This document shows, one piece after another, positions 29,778 through 39,172 of a stretch of DNA of 64,000 nucleotides. Below the pieces are notes generated by a model, which was given only the letters and a program-made list of their open reading frames with translations, was not told the DNA's origin and made no database searches. Positions within the stretch are counted from its first letter, which is position 1. Every line of letters starts with the position of its first letter. The position numbers and the translations under genes were made by a program. Location: positions 62,001 through 126,000 of IMG/VR virus record IMGVR_UViG_3300027754_000034; one strand, given 5' to 3'.

Positions 29778-30434
29778 ATGAGAGACAAGAAATGGAAAAG
29801 CTTGGTGTTTAGACTTCAACATTTGCAGGCAGAATTAGACGACAGACAAGAATTACTTGATGATCATAAACATGCCTTTGATGCAGCTATACAAAAAATT
29901 ATTAAAGAATATTTACACAGTAAAACTAAGAGTACAGAAGAAATAAATCCAGTTGATGAAGAGACATCCACAGCTTTAGTAAAGAAGGCAGACGATCCGA
30001 GTACAGATTCGGATGACACTAATGAGCCCGAAGGTATAAGTAATTTAGAAGACCAAGAAATTCACAATGAAGTAGATAGTATTCCTGAGGTTTTTAAAAA
30101 ATTGTGGAAATCCATAGCTTCTCTCACCCATCCAGATAAAACTAATAATGACGAAAGATATACCAAGGTATACAAAGAGTCTCTTGTTCATTACAAGGAA
30201 AAAAATTTCGGTAATTTGATAATAACCGCCTTAGAATTAGGGATTTTAAATAACCATATAGATAATGGCCTTATTCCGCACATCAATGATTCCATAAGCG
30301 TAGCAGAAAATAGGATAAAGCATATAGATGGACTAGCACTATGGCAATGGTTAAATACTGAGGACGAAGATCAAAAGAAAAATATTACTAATTTAACAGC
30401 TGCAATCATGAAAAGTAGACTAGGTATCAACTAA
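29778..30434 (+). CDS. Coiled-coil protein with internal J-domain
   Basis: FKKLWKSIASLTHPDK. Confidence 0.75.
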   Translation: MRDKKWKSLVFRLQHLQAELDDRQELLDDHKHAFDAAIQKIIKEYLHSKTKSTEEINPVDEETSTALVKKADDPSTDSDDTNEPEGISNLEDQEIHNEVDSIPEVFKKLWKSIASLTHPDKTNNDERYTKVYKESLVHYKEKNFGNLIITALELGILNNHIDNGLIPHINDSISVAENRIKHIDGLALWQWLNTEDEDQKKNITNLTAAIMKSRLGIN

Positions 30435-30720
30435 TGATTTGAAGCACTAAGTTCATGGCTGGTTCTTCGGAATGCCTCATAATCAATTCTGGATCTTCTT
30501 CTATTAACCAAAGACCATCTACCATTCTACACTCGGATTTTCCAATGAGTAGAAATCCGTCTCTGTTATAACCCACGAATCTTTTAGCTTTAGGCAAGTA
30601 TAAAGCATGGGTGTCTCTAAAATCAGCCCACATAATATAAGATTGAAGATTAACGCCTTCAGAGGTGCACAGGGCCATCCAAGGTCTTTTAGGAACTAAA
30701 TTACCTGCAAAGGGTCTCAA
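30427..30720 (-). CDS. Hypothetical protein
   Basis: 97-aa ORF. Confidence 0.45.
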   Translation of the reverse strand: MRPFAGNLVPKRPWMALCTSEGVNLQSYIMWADFRDTHALYLPKAKRFVGYNRDGFLLIGKSECRMVDGLWLIEEDPELIMRHSEEPAMNLVLQIIS

Positions 30721-30764
30721 CTTTTTACTTTACCGATTTAAATTCTTTATATTTCTCTGAAATT

Positions 30765-31274
30765 GTGGAATACATATCATATAGCGACATAGCCCTAAAA
30801 ATTTCTTCGACAAAGATAGCCCTTGTTCCAGAAAAAGAGGGTGCTTATGGAGCACCTGATGGTCAGATCATTTCTCTACTCAAGGACTTATTATGCTGCA
30901 AATACTCTATAGACGCTGCCTATCGTAGCTTTGCGGACAGAGTAAGGGGTCCTTGGAGAGATGCCCTTGTAGAACACTGGAAGGACCATGCTAAAGAAGA
31001 ACGCTCCGCAGCTTACGATATAGCCATGAAAATTGTAGGGATGGGTGGAGATCCATTTCTACACATGTTATCGATCCCCGAATGTCCCGCCAATGTTGAA
31101 GCACTATGTGCTTGCTTGGCTCAAATGGAATTAAATTTGATTGAAACTAGCCGAGCACTAATAGGATGTTCCGGGGACAATACGGCCATAAGAGTCATGG
31201 CTGAGAATATTATTCTAATAGATACTCAACACTTAGATGACCTAAAAAGAATGTGCGTTCAATTAGCTGTGTGA
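30765..31274 (+). CDS. Ferritin-like (bacterioferritin/Dps-fold) protein with IA leader
   Basis: Four-helix pattern Y..F...VRG...EHWKDHAKEER...KIVGMGGDP...E...QHLDDL. Confidence 0.75.
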   Translation: MEYISYSDIALKISSTKIALVPEKEGAYGAPDGQIISLLKDLLCCKYSIDAAYRSFADRVRGPWRDALVEHWKDHAKEERSAAYDIAMKIVGMGGDPFLHMLSIPECPANVEALCACLAQMELNLIETSRALIGCSGDNTAIRVMAENIILIDTQHLDDLKRMCVQLAV

Positions 31275-32428
31275 TTGTCTGCCAGGTGTGGTTTATCGCA
31301 AGTGGGACAACGCGGGATCTTTTCTATCTCTTGGTTAACGATTAAGAGATCTGCGTCTATCTCTTTCAGTATCTTTTTAGATTTTACACATTCGTTGGCT
31401 TGATTCGTTAATCTAACGTTCAATGCCATTAATTCGATATATTGTGAGTATGACTTCACAGGTTCTGGAATATCTTTTATCGGACCATAAGCGTCACCTT
31501 TAAGTCTATCTATTTTTTTCGAAATATTTTTTAACTCTATATAATTACTCACCTCATTGATTTCATCAGGTATTTTTGTCTTCTTAATACTGTTAAGTGG
31601 AATAATACCACTAGCATGTTTGCTTATGTTTTCCTCAATCCTGCTCAAGGATTTCCACACGTCTACCTCCTGAAAATCGACCTTATCGATCAGTATCACC
31701 TTCTCGATTTCTTTAACGTGGTCTATCGACGTTTCAAGACTTTTTACTTTTTTGGAGAATTTATCTAGTAATTCAATGCTGTTCGAATAATCTAATATTG
31801 ACTTAAATTGATCTTCCAGGTCCTGCTTGATATTGTTAAGTTCCTCCAGAGCTGTTAATTTTTCCAGTACCCCCTTAAGATTTTTAGACTCTTCGGATCG
31901 TGCATTTGATTCATCATTATGTTTTCTTTTGCCCTTAGCACATAATGTAATGGCGTCTTGTAGTACATTTAGCCTTGATACTTCTGATATGAAGTCTGTT
32001 ACTTGGGAACCAGGCTTATCTAACAAGAATATGGGAGAAAATTGTGAAGCCAACCATGGATGGATATTATCACTACCTACATTTACCGGCTTAAACCCAA
32101 ACGAAGCTATTTCATCTAACTGTTTTGCTCCTACTTTATCTAAGGTTTTCCCGCCGATAATGTATCGATTTATACCCTTCTCACCCTTTTCCCATGTGTA
32201 AGCCCAGTCCTCACACTCCATAGAAACTGTGCTATGACTTGCTCCTTTCCTAACCATCCCTATTACTGAATTATTTAGTATAGAAGAGGAAATCGCTCTA
32301 ACAATAGCACTTTTCCCGATGTTAGTCACACCAACTAGACATGTAAATCCTTTTATTTCAAATTCAATGTCTTTAATGCTCTGAAAATTCTTGATCCGTA
32401 CTTTTATTGGCTTTAAATTTTCCGACAT
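31259..32428 (-). CDS. SbcC/Rad50-like ATPase, N-terminal half ending in Zn hook
   Basis: IKNFQSI, GVTNIGKSAIVRAI, Q-loop region (SQF), coiled coil, terminal CPTC. Confidence 0.82.
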   Translation of the reverse strand: MSENLKPIKVRIKNFQSIKDIEFEIKGFTCLVGVTNIGKSAIVRAISSSILNNSVIGMVRKGASHSTVSMECEDWAYTWEKGEKGINRYIIGGKTLDKVGAKQLDEIASFGFKPVNVGSDNIHPWLASQFSPIFLLDKPGSQVTDFISEVSRLNVLQDAITLCAKGKRKHNDESNARSEESKNLKGVLEKLTALEELNNIKQDLEDQFKSILDYSNSIELLDKFSKKVKSLETSIDHVKEIEKVILIDKVDFQEVDVWKSLSRIEENISKHASGIIPLNSIKKTKIPDEINEVSNYIELKNISKKIDRLKGDAYGPIKDIPEPVKSYSQYIELMALNVRLTNQANECVKSKKILKEIDADLLIVNQEIEKIPRCPTCDKPHLADNHTAN

Positions 32429-32438
32429 TATTCTACTA

Positions 32439-33755
32439 TCAAATATCTGAGGTATCGATTTCCGAGGTTTCTACGCCATCATCATCATCAACACCCATAT
32501 CAGCGGGTGTTACGTAATTTGTGGTGGAATCGTCCAGATAGTCGTCATCTTCATCCATCCTTTTCGTAATTGCGTCTTCTGCTAGTGAGGCCAACTGTTC
32601 ATCATCAATAGCTCTAAATCCTTGAATAATTTTATCTCTACACATACTCATCATTTCTTCAAACATCACACTATCTTTCTGAATGGCTACTCTAAATTTT
32701 TCTATTCCTATTGCTTCTACTTCCTTGCCTGTAGCTGGTGATTTGTAAGTATATATATCTTGCTTTCTAGCGTTTTTACTGTGTTTTACTATTCCATATG
32801 CCTCGGCGACATTCATCATGGTTCTTAGTTCATCAATTCCAACACCGTAACGAATAGTTATGAGACCCGTGTGTCCCTGGCGTGCATCGATCTTGTTTTT
32901 AATATTCTTTACTTCAATATCTGTCGATACAGGAACTTCCTCGTATTCTTTAATAATCGGATTCCAAATTTTCGCCTTAGCAGATTGCTTAGGCTTTAAC
33001 ATGAGCCGAATGGAAGACCAAAACTTAAGAGCATTGCCTCCCGTAGTGCTCTTTAAAGCTTCTTCAGTATATCCCATAGCTCCTATCTTATCACGAGTCT
33101 GATTTGTGAAAATTAAGCAGGTACCCGTTTTAGCAATGATGGCTTGAATCTTTGGCATCCAAGTACTCATAAGTCTTGGGATTTCCGCCATGCCCTGCTT
33201 CTCTTTTTCGTTAGCTACATTTCTTTGGATCTCACGCCGAGACACTAGACCTGCTACTGAGTCTACTACGATTAGATCTATACCATGAAGCGCAGCCCCA
33301 TTAACTAGACTCTCCGTTTCCTCGAAGGTATGGGGCTGTACACGAATCGCGTTGCCTGACCCTCCTAATTCTACGGGTCTAAAATCGACTCCTAATTTCA
33401 GAGCATATGCATCAATAACTGCATGCTCCAGATCTACATAAAGAACGCTCCCAGTGCCGCCTTTAGATGCAATTGCTTGCCCTGCAGCCATTAAGGCAAT
33501 CGTGGACTTACCTGATGATTCACGACCATATACCTCAACTATCTTGCCTCGTGGCCATCCAGGGCAAAGAAATGATCCATCAGGAAGTCTAGAACCACCT
33601 ATAAGGAGATTTAATACTGTGGACCCAGTATTAATGTGCTCCATCTTCAATGATGGAGTCACTAACATATCTTTCATGTTCAACCCGGTTCGTTTCTCCA
33701 TGGTTGATAAGAATTTCGCAATGTTTGGATGAATTTTTGCTGTTTGCTTGGCCAT
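32439..33755 (-). CDS. recA: RecA/UvsX recombinase
   Basis: GKIVEVYGRESSGKST, VVDSVAGL, IFTNQTR, TTGGNALKFWSS, KNKI. Confidence 0.96.
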   Translation of the reverse strand: MAKQTAKIHPNIAKFLSTMEKRTGLNMKDMLVTPSLKMEHINTGSTVLNLLIGGSRLPDGSFLCPGWPRGKIVEVYGRESSGKSTIALMAAGQAIASKGGTGSVLYVDLEHAVIDAYALKLGVDFRPVELGGSGNAIRVQPHTFEETESLVNGAALHGIDLIVVDSVAGLVSRREIQRNVANEKEKQGMAEIPRLMSTWMPKIQAIIAKTGTCLIFTNQTRDKIGAMGYTEEALKSTTGGNALKFWSSIRLMLKPKQSAKAKIWNPIIKEYEEVPVSTDIEVKNIKNKIDARQGHTGLITIRYGVGIDELRTMMNVAEAYGIVKHSKNARKQDIYTYKSPATGKEVEAIGIEKFRVAIQKDSVMFEEMMSMCRDKIIQGFRAIDDEQLASLAEDAITKRMDEDDDYLDDSTTNYVTPADMGVDDDDGVETSEIDTSDI

Positions 33756-33819
33756 AATAACTTTCTACATTACACTCAGTGTCTGTTACTCTTTGCTTCT
33801 TTATCTTCTGTTTAATTGA

Positions 33820-34032
33820 ATGGGTAAACGGAATTCACGAAATCGTAAAACACCGCAAGTTAAGTCAATGCAAGAATTTTGCAACGATTTAAAAATTGCT
33901 AAAATAGATGAAGTTCATGAATTGAAGCAGTCAGAATTGGAAAAAAAGTATAAGGAGCAAGAAGATAAAATGATCATATTGATGTACGGTAACTATTCGA
34001 CGGAAGAAGGACCTTCACAAGATTCTAAATAG
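33820..34032 (+). CDS. Hypothetical protein
   Basis: 70-aa ORF with a TTTATCTT motif upstream. Confidence 0.45.
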   Translation: MGKRNSRNRKTPQVKSMQEFCNDLKIAKIDEVHELKQSELEKKYKEQEDKMIILMYGNYSTEEGPSQDSK

Positions 34033-34724
34033 CTTAATAAATTAGTGTTAATGTCCGTTTTTTTCGGAAGATCTATTCTTCCTTCTGGTATTTTTGAAAA
34101 TTCGAAAAATCTGCTATTTTCTCTAAATATATGGGCTATTTTTATGTTTGCAGTTCCCTTTAGCGTTTTCACCTTCTTCGTTTTTTCTAAAAATACTCTG
34201 AGTTCATTATCACTTAGCATATCAGGTGATAAGAGACCATTTTTTAATGACATAAACCTTGTGCTGAAATATGAAATGCAATAAGCGTCGGCTTCGTTAT
34301 TATCTATAAGTTCAGAATCATTCGTATCGAATTGCACGAATTTCTGCATATCCAATTTGGTTACTAGTCCTCTGACACTCTTTCGCCCCCTGACCAATGA
34401 CTTTAAAGTAGCGGGATCGAAAAGCACCACATCCTTCCTTGATTCAAATATTGCTTCTAAGCAAAACATCATTAAGCTATGATGTACAGTTTGGTATGGA
34501 CCTGCCCCATATGCTGGGCTTTCAATACCTACGACATCTGGTTCGAAGGTATTCAGGAGCCTCTTTACCAGAGACCTATAATGAACATACCTAGCAACAG
34601 GAACTGTTGAAGGAAATGTCTCTTCATGCCCGGAAGAGATTCTTCTTTCCGTTCCAGTCGCCTGGTTATCAAAGACGGCCCATCCGAAGCCTCGGAGGGA
34701 TGGGTCTAATCCTAAGGATCTCAA
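33993..34724 (-). CDS. ruvC: RuvC-like Holliday junction resolvase
   Basis: LGLDPSLRGFGWAV, VGIES, TLK...K, NEADA. Confidence 0.85.
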   Translation of the reverse strand: MRSLGLDPSLRGFGWAVFDNQATGTERRISSGHEETFPSTVPVARYVHYRSLVKRLLNTFEPDVVGIESPAYGAGPYQTVHHSLMMFCLEAIFESRKDVVLFDPATLKSLVRGRKSVRGLVTKLDMQKFVQFDTNDSELIDNNEADAYCISYFSTRFMSLKNGLLSPDMLSDNELRVFLEKTKKVKTLKGTANIKIAHIFRENSRFFEFSKIPEGRIDLPKKTDINTNLLSYLESCEGPSSVE

Positions 34725-35059
34725 TGATTTGATTTAGCGTCTAAAATAGCCCTTGCAAATGGGATTAAGTTCCAAGCCCATGGCAAGTATCCACCAGTTG
34801 GATTCTGGATTGAAGTAACCAAATGTTTCCAGTGAGACTCAGGAATTTCCCAAGTATCGGAATGTTTCTCTATGCTTCGAGCTATTTCATATGCTCTTTG
34901 TAATCCATCATAATCTTTTATAACTTCTAAATCGAAAGCTCTCTCTTTCACATAAGTATCAAAACTTATGTGATCTACTGGTTTGCCATCGCTAATAAAG
35001 GACCGTCCATGAAAGTCTACTGGTTTAATAGCTTCTGGCACGTTTATGACTCTACTCAT
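34721..35059 (-). CDS. Hypothetical protein (possible fibre-associated)
   Basis: 112-aa ORF downstream of the fibre gene. Confidence 0.55.
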   Translation of the reverse strand: MSRVINVPEAIKPVDFHGRSFISDGKPVDHISFDTYVKERAFDLEVIKDYDGLQRAYEIARSIEKHSDTWEIPESHWKHLVTSIQNPTGGYLPWAWNLIPFARAILDAKSNH

Positions 35060-35079
35060 GTTCTATTTTACAGTTATCA

Positions 35080-35319
35080 TCATAAAGTGGGATTCAATAC
35101 TGCGTATAGGAAACTCTTTACAGAGGTATAGATATCATCAGGAAATGTCACATTCTTAAACGATTTTGAACACTGTTCGACTGAAATCCAAGTCCCATCG
35201 TTATCATATCCTCTATCGTAGTATATACTTACACTATTATCCTCTACATTTACCTCGAATCTAGTAATTTTAGCTTGATTTATGATGACAGACTGAGGGG
35301 TTGGCAAGGAAATAGGCAT
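35080..35319 (-). CDS. Small tail-fibre-associated protein
   Basis: 79-aa ORF 2 nt after the G/S/T-rich fibre gene. Confidence 0.55.
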   Translation of the reverse strand: MPISLPTPQSVIINQAKITRFEVNVEDNSVSIYYDRGYDNDGTWISVEQCSKSFKNVTFPDDIYTSVKSFLYAVLNPTL

Positions 35320-35321
35320 TC

Positions 35322-36767
35322 TCAGGCTCCTGTTCCAGTTAGTAGTCCAAAGCGTTGCAATGTTTTGTAAGCATCATCCAACATCGACTGAGCAGTAGAT
35401 GTGTAAGTAGCTGGAGCACTCACGTTTCCACCAGTATTAGCTCTCGGTCCAGTTGCTGTCGCTTTATTAAAAAATCCTAATTTCGAATTTGCATTTGAAC
35501 ATATGTTTACATTGTCTCCGTTCATATTAACATTCTTGAATCCACCAGTCCCATAATGCCCTATATTTATAGTCTGTGTGCCGGTATTGTTGCCCTGAAA
35601 CCCGATATTTATCGAATATGTATTAACGGATGTACCAATTGAAATACTGCCAGTACTAGCACTGCTCCCAACCGTTATATTTCCATTACCAGTAGTCAAA
35701 GAAAACGCACCGTTAGCAGCAGAGGTATCTAGCGTCATGCCGCCCGAACCTGCACGAACAGTCGTAACCGATCCGGATCCAGCAGAGTCTGCTCCCGTAG
35801 AACCAACAGTTATCGCTGTTCTCCCAGATCCAGCACCTATAGATATGGAGGTTAAACCTGCCCCTGATGAGCCACCGCTTCCTATGTTAATTGACTGTGT
35901 AGCACTTGTGACTGTGGTACCATTGCCAAAGAAAATGGTATTTGATGCGGTAGAACCGCCAATAGTCATGGTTCCTGTGCCACAAGTTAGTTGAAAATCA
36001 CCGTTGTTTGTACCTATAGCCATACCCCCCGAACCTGCTGAGAGTGTTAAAGACGAAGTACTAGTACCGTCACCTACCGAGTTAGAAGCTGTGGTACTTC
36101 CGGTAAGTGTTAAAACACCGCCTGACTGATTTAAAGGTCCTTCTAGTTTTGTCGTACCAGCTTGTACCCAAACAGCGTAAGCATTAGTTAATGTAGCAGA
36201 AGCGCCCTGGGTAGGTGCACCAGTTATCGCTAGTGTAGCAGCTGTTCCTATTATTCTAGTAGCACCACTACCAGCATATGTTGGAGCCTGTAAAACAAAG
36301 GCCCTTTGGGTAGGAACGTTGCCTGTAAATGTAACGGTGCGCGCTAAATTAATATTTACATCATTAGATTCACTCGTTTGCGATGTATGTGCGCCGCCAT
36401 TGATGACTATAAGATAGGCCCCCGTAGTAGAAGAAGCGGCCTGAGTTAACGTCCATGATTTTCCGACAGCACCAGACCAGGATAAGGAACCTGTTGGTAA
36501 TGCTGTGTCTCCTGTCATGGAGCCCAAACTTAAGGCTCCGCTGCCCGCTGAAGCACTTATCGCCTTGCCTGCAGCCAGGCTAATTCCATTTCCATCTATA
36601 CTAGCAGTAGTGGTACCATTATTTTGAAAGTTAATGCCGCTTGCTCCACTGAGAGTTAGAGCGCCTGTTGAAGTACCCCACGTAGAAGCTGCGGCGGCTG
36701 TTAACGTTAAGGCTCCCGAAGTGGTACTCCATGTAGAAGCTGCGGACCTAAATTCTTGTGTTATCAT
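35322..36767 (-). CDS. Gly/Ser/Thr-rich fibre/adhesin-like virion protein
   Basis: Repeats AASTWxTxxGALTL and xINIGxG beta-solenoid units; AGGAGG RBS upstream. Confidence 0.7.
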   Translation of the reverse strand: MITQEFRSAASTWSTTSGALTLTAAAASTWGTSTGALTLSGASGINFQNNGTTTASIDGNGISLAAGKAISASAGSGALSLGSMTGDTALPTGSLSWSGAVGKSWTLTQAASSTTGAYLIVINGGAHTSQTSESNDVNINLARTVTFTGNVPTQRAFVLQAPTYAGSGATRIIGTAATLAITGAPTQGASATLTNAYAVWVQAGTTKLEGPLNQSGGVLTLTGSTTASNSVGDGTSTSSLTLSAGSGGMAIGTNNGDFQLTCGTGTMTIGGSTASNTIFFGNGTTVTSATQSINIGSGGSSGAGLTSISIGAGSGRTAITVGSTGADSAGSGSVTTVRAGSGGMTLDTSAANGAFSLTTGNGNITVGSSASTGSISIGTSVNTYSINIGFQGNNTGTQTINIGHYGTGGFKNVNMNGDNVNICSNANSKLGFFNKATATGPRANTGGNVSAPATYTSTAQSMLDDAYKTLQRFGLLTGTGA

Positions 36768-36840
36768 TGTGAAGATCCTCCTGATATTAAAGTAAGCATG
36801 TCTCTCTCTACCTTTATATTAAAAATTATAAACTTAAATT

Positions 36841-36871
36841 AAAAAGGGGCAGGAACTTTTCCTCCTTGCCC
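36841..36871 (-). terminator. Intrinsic terminator (minus strand)
   Basis: GGGCAAGGA...TCCTGCCC stem followed by a T run on the minus strand. Confidence 0.6.
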
Positions 36872-37144
36872 TACCATGAATGTAAAGCTATGAAGAACCC
36901 GATACATCTTCTGCCCGATTCTCTGTGAAAATGATAATAAATTGTAAATACGGATGAGGCCCCCATCTTACCGGGAGCCTCATTATGGTCAATACAAAAG
37001 TTATCGGGACTCACCATATCAGGAGCACATTGATGAGGCTAATTAGGATCCAGAATCTAAATATATATTCCCATATGTAATGCCTACCGCCTCTAGCAAA
37101 AGATCTTAGAATAGATGGTCAAGTAGTACATGTTAATTTAAACA

Positions 37145-38194
37145 TTACGCGGCCATTGCTTTACGTGCTCGTCTCTTTGTTTGAGCCTCCATCCTGCAAA
37201 TTCCGCATTTATACCTAATTCCACCAGTTTTATTAGGGATTTTTTCACATTTTTCGAAGGGCACTAACCCATGATGTTTACATATTTTATGAGTCTTTGT
37301 GGTAGTCTTGGAAGAAATAGACTCAGATATCTTTAATCTGGATTCATATGACCATTTACGATCTCCCCGTTTAGCGAGTACCTCAGGTCGTGAATGAATC
37401 TCCTTGGATATCCTACTAGCTTTAATTTTTGATTCCGGCATAGACCAATATTCCGATATAGACTCGGCCAGTCTCTTTTTAACTTCATCTTTATTCACGG
37501 CTAATTTAATCTTTTCTCGCACCTCAGGAGTCGCAGAGCGAGACGACCTTGATATTTTATCTTTATGTTCCTGGCTTAATACTTTTCCTTTTTGAGCTTG
37601 GGAACACTTCGCTCGTGCCTCTGGCCTGCTGGCTCCATCACGAATTTTTTCTATGAACTTGGACCTGTATTCAGGGTCTGAATTTAATCTCTCGGCAAAT
37701 AATCTATACTTTGCTAATGCTTCGGGAGAAACGGTTCTTTCACGATTCCGAATTGAAATGGGAATCATTTTCTCCCGATAATCGGGACGATCCCAAGGAT
37801 TCTTTATAGGATGATGGGTATGAGACCCGCCTCGTTTCATGTTAAAACCCCTTATGGGGTTAGTCGTATCGTATAATTCGATCCAGTATTCTTCAGCTAT
37901 ATTGGCAGATTCCAGGTCATGGCAAACCTGAAGTATTTCATGATCGAATGCTTCGGGTCCGTAAAGCCTAATAGTATTATACCAATGATTATCTAGAATT
38001 TTCTTTCTAGCGTTATTTTTTGCTTTAGAAAGGTGTTCAGACCACCTTCTCTCCCATCTTTTGCTGGTTAATCCGATATATCTCCTACCGGATTCTCTAT
38101 GAAAATGACAGTATATGGTGTATATAGATGAGGCCTCCGTTTTACGGGAGGCCTCATCTAGTTTGTGGTTTTGTTCCATAAGGGACTTTACCAC
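37145..38194 (-). CDS. Free-standing GIY-YIG homing endonuclease with NUMOD3-like repeats
   Basis: YTIYCH...RYIGLT, RW..H, E.YWI, GFNMKRGG; repeats such as LSQEHKDKIS and SYESRLKIS. Confidence 0.88.
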   Translation of the reverse strand: MVKSLMEQNHKLDEASRKTEASSIYTIYCHFHRESGRRYIGLTSKRWERRWSEHLSKAKNNARKKILDNHWYNTIRLYGPEAFDHEILQVCHDLESANIAEEYWIELYDTTNPIRGFNMKRGGSHTHHPIKNPWDRPDYREKMIPISIRNRERTVSPEALAKYRLFAERLNSDPEYRSKFIEKIRDGASRPEARAKCSQAQKGKVLSQEHKDKISRSSRSATPEVREKIKLAVNKDEVKKRLAESISEYWSMPESKIKASRISKEIHSRPEVLAKRGDRKWSYESRLKISESISSKTTTKTHKICKHHGLVPFEKCEKIPNKTGGIRYKCGICRMEAQTKRRARKAMAA

Positions 38195-38210
38195 ACATGT
38201 TGCTAATACA

Positions 38211-39086
38211 TCATTGGAGAAAATCGTCGTAGCTTGATACTAGTTTTGGAGACTCTGCTTCACCTGAACCGACCTGAGAATTACCTCCACCGAGGAGCTT
38301 CTCACGAAGCTTATCGATTTTCATATCGAACCCGAGATTATTGGATACATGCTTCCAATTGCGGAGACCCTGATCTAAAACCCAACTACGGATTTCAGAG
38401 TCCATTTTGCCCTTAGCCCAAACAGCAGAGCTACCAGCAGTGATTACCTGCTTTTGATACTTAGGATCTCCATCGAGAGCCACAATAAGATCGATTGTAG
38501 ATTTTTCTTCTGCACGTGCTTCCTTATAGACATCCTCGATCTGCCTAAACTTCTTCGCTGTCATCCGCCAGACAGCGAAATTTACATATTTCTTTGCGTT
38601 AAGGAGTTCCTCATCTACCTGAACCCCATCCTTAACAGGATAAGTCATGACGATCATCCCTACGGTCTGATCAGCATCACCCATTTTGTTGCAGCAAAGC
38701 TCGGGCTTGACTACAGTCTTACCTTCATATTGGCTCAGGCAGCGAATTGATCCGAGACCATCACGATAGTGGGTCCATGCAAATGCGAACTTAGGAGATT
38801 TGATATCTAACCGATCAACCTCAGTAAGTTGTTCTACTGGCTTACTAAGCTGATCAGCAATCTTTTTATCGATCTTTGCGATAAGATCTGCCTTCTCTGC
38901 GTCGGTAAGAGGAGCACCTTTCTCTCTTGCCTTCGCCACGAGAACCCCGTCATGAACTCTTTTAAAGGAAACTATGGAGAGCCTGTCTTTTTGGCCGCTT
39001 CTTGTTTGCTTAAAGCGGTCAATGCCTTGACTCTTGATTACTGTTCCCTCTTCAAACCCGAATTCGATTACTGAATTATCTGACAT
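38211..39086 (-). CDS. Probable single-stranded DNA-binding protein (gp32-like)
   Basis: Lies in the recombination cluster, H..C...CC metal site, acidic tail SYDDFLQ, codon bias suggesting high expression. Confidence 0.55.
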   Translation of the reverse strand: MSDNSVIEFGFEEGTVIKSQGIDRFKQTRSGQKDRLSIVSFKRVHDGVLVAKAREKGAPLTDAEKADLIAKIDKKIADQLSKPVEQLTEVDRLDIKSPKFAFAWTHYRDGLGSIRCLSQYEGKTVVKPELCCNKMGDADQTVGMIVMTYPVKDGVQVDEELLNAKKYVNFAVWRMTAKKFRQIEDVYKEARAEEKSTIDLIVALDGDPKYQKQVITAGSSAVWAKGKMDSEIRSWVLDQGLRNWKHVSNNLGFDMKIDKLREKLLGGGNSQVGSGEAESPKLVSSYDDFLQ

Positions 39087-39172
39087 GTTATTCTCGCTTT
39101 GACTTTGAACCGTTGTACGCTTAAAGTTAACAATTAACTTAAACGTTTTTTTACATTACATTCCGAATCGGC

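Noticed and set aside
36768-38210. Group I intron carrying the GIY-YIG ORF
   Set aside because: Both flanking genes appear intact (own RBS, natural C-terminus) and no P7 core motifs were recognised.
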